A stretch of 64,000 nt of DNA, from assembly GCA_040285825.1 (NCBI GenBank), contig JAUPSS010000010.1, positions 372,001 through 436,000 on the forward strand. The letters are read 5' to 3'. Origin of the DNA: Eukaryota sp. TZLM1-RC (taxonomy: Eukaryota > Protista > Metamonada: BaSk clade). The position numbers and the translations under genes were made by a program. The first letter of the stretch is position 1. Every line of letters begins with the position of its first letter. The notes under the pieces are model-generated. The model did not search any database, had not been told where the DNA came from, and saw only the letters and a list, made by a program, of their open reading frames with translations. Of the stretch, positions 59,149-64,000 are shown in pieces.

Positions 59149-62100
59149 TGATGGTCTAGGCTGGTTAGTGTCAGACTTACAGAGTAAAAGTAATGAGATT
59201 TATTACGAAGAGGAATTGTATTCTCTCTTCTTAAACTAATAGGCGGAATACTAATAAACTATCTAAATATACTATAAATACTATTCAAGACTAACACTGC
59301 CTTTTCCTCTCTTTCGAGCGACGAGCCCTGGAAGCTCTAGTCACAGGAGGTGAACTAATGAAATTGGTACGCTTCTTGGGAGGAGCGGATTTAGTACGGC
59401 GACGTGCTTTTGAAGTCTTGACAAAGTCTTTATACGCGGCAGTATTGTGGACTGTAGAAATGTGTTCAGTGGTGATCTCTTTTCCATGCCATTGCACTTG
59501 GCAAAAGTCACCTTCCTGACTGAGCACTTTTTCAATGATGTGTTCTTCGACATCACCTACAGCGACCCAGGAGTGGAACTCATCGTTGGTGGGCAAGCTG
59601 GAGTGCCAGGGTGCTAAATGTTTGACGCTAGCTTGGACAATCGTACCGGTGCAGAGATTCTTAATATTCACAGACGAGTTGGATACGATTTCAGTAATTA
59701 GGAAGGGTCCTGAATAGTCTCCATGAAGTTTAGCGGAAGAGCCAGATGCTCTCAATACCAATTGACCAACTTCAAAAGGGTTTGCAGTTGTAGATCTAGT
59801 TAGCTTGGAAGCTTTGGAAGCTTGATGGTGTGCTGCCTTTTCCTGTTTTTCTTTCAACCTTCGAAATTTAGATTGAATTTCTTGAATAAAAGATGACTCA
59901 GACGTCGAGCTTTCAATGATTTCAAGAATTTTGCCAGGGTCTGATCTAGGAGACACATCTGAGCCAAAGATCACTTGGTATGGAGTGTGGTTAGTTATTG
60001 AGCTCTTGGAAGAGTTGATCAATAATTGCACATTAGGCAAGTATTCAGACCACACATCGTAGGCGTTGAAGTCTACGAGCAATTTCCGTAGGTTTTGCAG
60101 GATGTCTCTGTGTCGGCGCTCTACCAGGCCGTTGGACTGAGAAAACCTAGGTATTGACTTTGACACCTCTATGCCCAAAAATTTGCTTAGTTCGTCAAAG
60201 ACAGCTTTGGAAAATTCGGGTCCATTATCGCTGTGTATTTGAAATGGAATGCCAAAGATGGCACAGACTTTCCAAATTTATGCATCTGCAGTAAGATTGG
60301 CATTTATCTCTTTTAGAGGCACGATGATCGTGAATCTAGAGAAGCTGTCAATAAATACGAGGATGTATTTGTAGCCTTCTTGATCTTCTGGAAGAGGACC
60401 AATAACGTCGGCGTTGACGCGAGCAAAAGGTCTGTCAGCCCACAGTGAACCGGTTGGGGGAACATGCAGTTTGGGAACTGGCTTAGTTTTCTGACAGGAG
60501 GGGCATTCTTGGACGTGCTTATTCATGTCGGTGAGCATGTTTGGCCACCAATAATCGCTATTCCTGAGCTTGTTCAGGCTTTCAGCTTTGCTTGGGTGGC
60601 CTCCTTGCAGAAGTCCATGCAACAAGTTAAGGGTGTCCTTAATGAGTGATTTGGGAATCACTATCTTGTTGTCGTGCATCATATATAAATCAAGGTTATT
60701 GTTATGAACACAGTTGTTGAAAGAGGGGTCTTTGGAAGCTATGGCAAGCTTCTGTTCGGACCTAATCCTACAGAGCCATGGCTCGAAAATAGGCAGGTCG
60801 TTGGAACATCGTTCTCTGATGACCATGATACGTTCGAAGTTGTTTAAGTCTTCGATGTAGTATCTTTCATTTTCTGTTCCATCAATTTTATCGATGTAAA
60901 ATATTGGATGAAAATTTGGAAACGTTTGATGGGACAAATGATTGATCTCTTGATGGTCTATAGGCGGAACTATTCGAGACAACATATCAGCCCAGAAGTT
61001 ATCTTCCCCTTTGGTATGTACCAAATCAAAGAAGAATTCGGAAAATATGGGTAACCATCTGGTTACAATTCTGTTCTTCTCAGGAGCCGTGAACATGTAG
61101 GTAAGGTTTTGATGGTCTGTGAATATGACCAGTTTCCTTCCTTTCAAGTAGTTTTCAAAACCACTTAGAGTTAACATGAGCAGGATCCTTCTTAGTCAAT
61201 CTGATGATAGGAGCGATGAGCTCAGATACCTGAGGAAGCCATTCTCTAATGAAGTTGACTGATCTTACGAGGCTGCGGACGTCTTTGATTGTCTTTGGTC
61301 TAGGTAGATTCAACAAAGATTCAACACGAGTGGGATCGATAGTCCGTTGTTGGTTTTGGAAAACACTGCCCAGTATCTTGATTGGGTGTTTGGAAGACAC
61401 GAAATGGCACTTTGGAAGTCCCAAGGAAACTGTTTTGCATCTGGCTTGATCAAGGACGCGACGGAGGCGTTCAATGAATTCGTCAAAGGTTGAACCTATG
61501 ATTATGATGTCATCTATGTAGATGAAGACACGGTCTCCAGAGAAGATGTCAGCCATGACGTTTTGGAAAACGGCTGGGACATTCTTTAGGCCAAAAGCTG
61601 CACGTTTGAACATGATACTTTTGCCGGGAATGCTCAAAGCTGTTTTCTGCCAGTCCTTTTCAGCAATTTTGAGTTGCCAAAAGGCTTTGGGGAGGTCAAG
61701 GGTGCCTATGTAGTTCGCTTGGGAAAGAAATACCAGCACGTCGGAGATCCTTGGGAGGTTGGGCTCAACAGGAATGGTGTTGGCGTTGAGTCCGTCCTTG
61801 CCACTATAGTCACCAGTAAGGCGGGGCTTACGGTGATCTGGGTAGACCACTAGACAAACAAGGGAGCTGAACTCACGGTTCGATGGAACAGCAAATCCTG
61901 AGTCTACATGTTTATCGAAAATTTGGTTAGCAACCTCTAGTCTGGCTGGATTCAGGGTCCTGGGGGGTCTTCTAACTCTGACGTCTTCGTTGTAGAAGTT
62001 GATTTCCATAGAAGGACAATCAATACCATCAGCATGCGGCTTTAAGGTAAATACGTCTTAGAACTCTTTTAATGTATGAAGTAGGGACTTCTTGAAATGG

Positions 62101-64000
62101 TCGTTGTCGAGGTTGATGGTACAACCAGATGAGTTGATGTGTTCCAACCAACGTGTGGAAACGTTGACGACTTCTGAAGCTTGTGATATTCGATGATCGA
62201 ATTCGGCTTCAGGTAATAGTAATGTGCGACAGGCGTCGTCCATTCTAATGTAAATGCCCTTGTTGTTCATCAGTCCAAGGTGACTCAACAAGTCAGCACC
62301 AATGAGGATGGTCTCATGTCCAGGAACGATGCTGAACTTGTGTTTCACATGTACAATCTGGGTAACACTACCTAGTCTAATGCTAAGGGTTCCAGAAGCA
62401 GTACCAAGGGACTGTGAGGTAGTTCCATCAGCAATCTTGTAGAATATGGTTTCGTTGGAACGTGCCATGTTACAATTACTGATGACTTCTTCCGTGACTA
62501 CTGAGCATGTTGCGCCAGAGTCGATTATGCCTTTAACTTCGACATTGTTGATCGAGAAATTTAATTGTAGGCAGTTGGTTGTGGACTTTATGGATTGTAC
62601 CATGAATATTGTATCAGAATCGTATTCAGCTTGTTCTGAGAAGAAATTAGCTTGAATGTTGTGTGTCTTGGTATGTTCCAAGTTGGCCAAAGGATTGATT
62701 AGGGATTCTTTCCATGTTGTGCTTTCTGTGTGGGGATGTGTTGTAGTTGTAGGGGGTATGGTTTCAAAAATGCGTAAATAGTGACGGGAACGTTTATTGT
62801 ATGATGAAGAGCCTCTGCCTCTGCCGCGAGTGCCTCTTCGACTACGGAAACCAGAACCTCTAGAACCTCTGCCTCGAGCTTGCTGTTGAGCTTGTTGCTT
62901 TCTCCACTTTTTGCTTCTTTGGCAGTCCTCACTAGGGCACCTTTCAGTCGGATGACCCATTTGTTTACAGAAATTGCATTGGACGTTGGAAGACGGTTGA
63001 GTAGAGCTTCCTTTTCGCCGTTGTTGTTTTGGGCGCCTGCCAGAGCTGGAACCTCTTGGTTTGGGGATAGCAGGGGGAGAAGGTACCGTCTGTCTGCGAT
63101 GGTTCTCAGTCTGAAATGAGATTCTGTTCTGATACAAGAAGTCAACGTGATTGATCTGCTCCTTGAAAGTTCTAGCATTACAGAAATTTTCGTATTCTAT
63201 TTGGAGAACACTGAAAAATTCTCCTAGGGTGTGGCCATCTGAGTAGTAATGGCAGGGATTGGACCAGATCCTGAGGAGTCTGTCCCTGATAATGGTGATG
63301 CCGATGCTTTCGATGACGTGAGAAGCAATTTCCCATTCGGGAAGTCGGTCGATGGGGTTTCCGTGATGTGTCTCATTTGTTGAGTCAAACCACGAACATC
63401 TTGGATGGCGGTGGAACGCGTTAAGACTCTGCCTATGTTAAGCATAAAGTCTATCCATCTGTTACCATAATCTCTCTCAGACCAATCCATGTTTACAGCA
63501 TGAAGTGCGTCCAGGGCTTGATCCAGTCTACTGAATTGGGTTCTCCTTAGGATCTGTTCCCAAATGTTGCGTTCGTCTCTGCTGGTTGGGACCATGGCAG
63601 AGGAAATTGAAAGGCCAGTGCCTTGATACCTTAAAGCGTTGAGAGCTTCAGGTGTAACGCATTCAGCTAAGCCTCTGGGACTAATGCGCATGGCAGATCT
63701 GAAGAGATCCCATTCATGAATTGGTTCACTGTCGAACCGTTGATCAGATGCCAGTTCTGCTGATCTAGCTAGTTCAAGTTCTTCGCGAAGTCTAGCAACT
63801 TCGCTGGCCAAAGCAACTTGGGCAGGATCCTCAATGTTACCTCGAGCCTCGTCTACAATTCTATCCGTGCGACTCCAGAGGATAAACTTGTTAACAAACT
63901 TGAGGAGTTTATCAACGTCTCTTAAATCAGTCGCGTCAAGAGTTGGACGTTTGGGGCGGTCCCTGCGTCTATTGTCCCTATCTCTTGATCCCACCATGGA
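59149..64000 (-). mobile_element. Defective family-A Ty3/Gypsy element, runs off the window; 3' LTR at 59149-59296
   Basis: gag 63224-63997, knuckle and protease 62058-63137, RT 61155-62009, RH remnant and IN 60278-61177, IN C-terminus 59291-60178, LTR TGTTAGTCTTG...AGACCATCA. Confidence 0.92.

Overview
AT-rich eukaryotic DNA with no visible host introns, probably from a microbial eukaryote (inference), dominated by nested and mostly decayed retroelements. It contains (i) several Ty3/Gypsy LTR retrotransposons with gag-PR-RT-RH-IN-chromodomain order and very short LTRs (mostly 130-170 bp) with 4-bp TSDs where checkable; (ii) a 13.9-kb array (21126-35032) of about 14.5 head-to-tail copies of a ~960-bp gag-only LTR element whose units share LTRs; (iii) fragments of two non-LTR retrotransposon families with a restriction-like endonuclease (RLE), a hAT transposase relic and a MITE; (iv) a few host genes for membrane-anchored proteins, mostly glycan-modifying (GT92-like, GT8, disrupted GT32-like, LtaS/sulfatase-like, plus a ParB-like-motif protein). 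The most unusual signal is at the 3' end of the LTRs. Otherwise dissimilar LTR families all carry a 22-26 nt GT...CTAAC-N6-AG mini-intron-like motif with fixed spacing. Three different 5' LTRs are followed by a palindrome CA|RTA-NN-TATTG instead of a tRNA primer-binding site, and its centre changes (CG/GC/AT) while staying self-complementary. Together these suggest an undescribed tRNA-independent priming or dimerisation system, possibly regulated by splicing (hypothesis).
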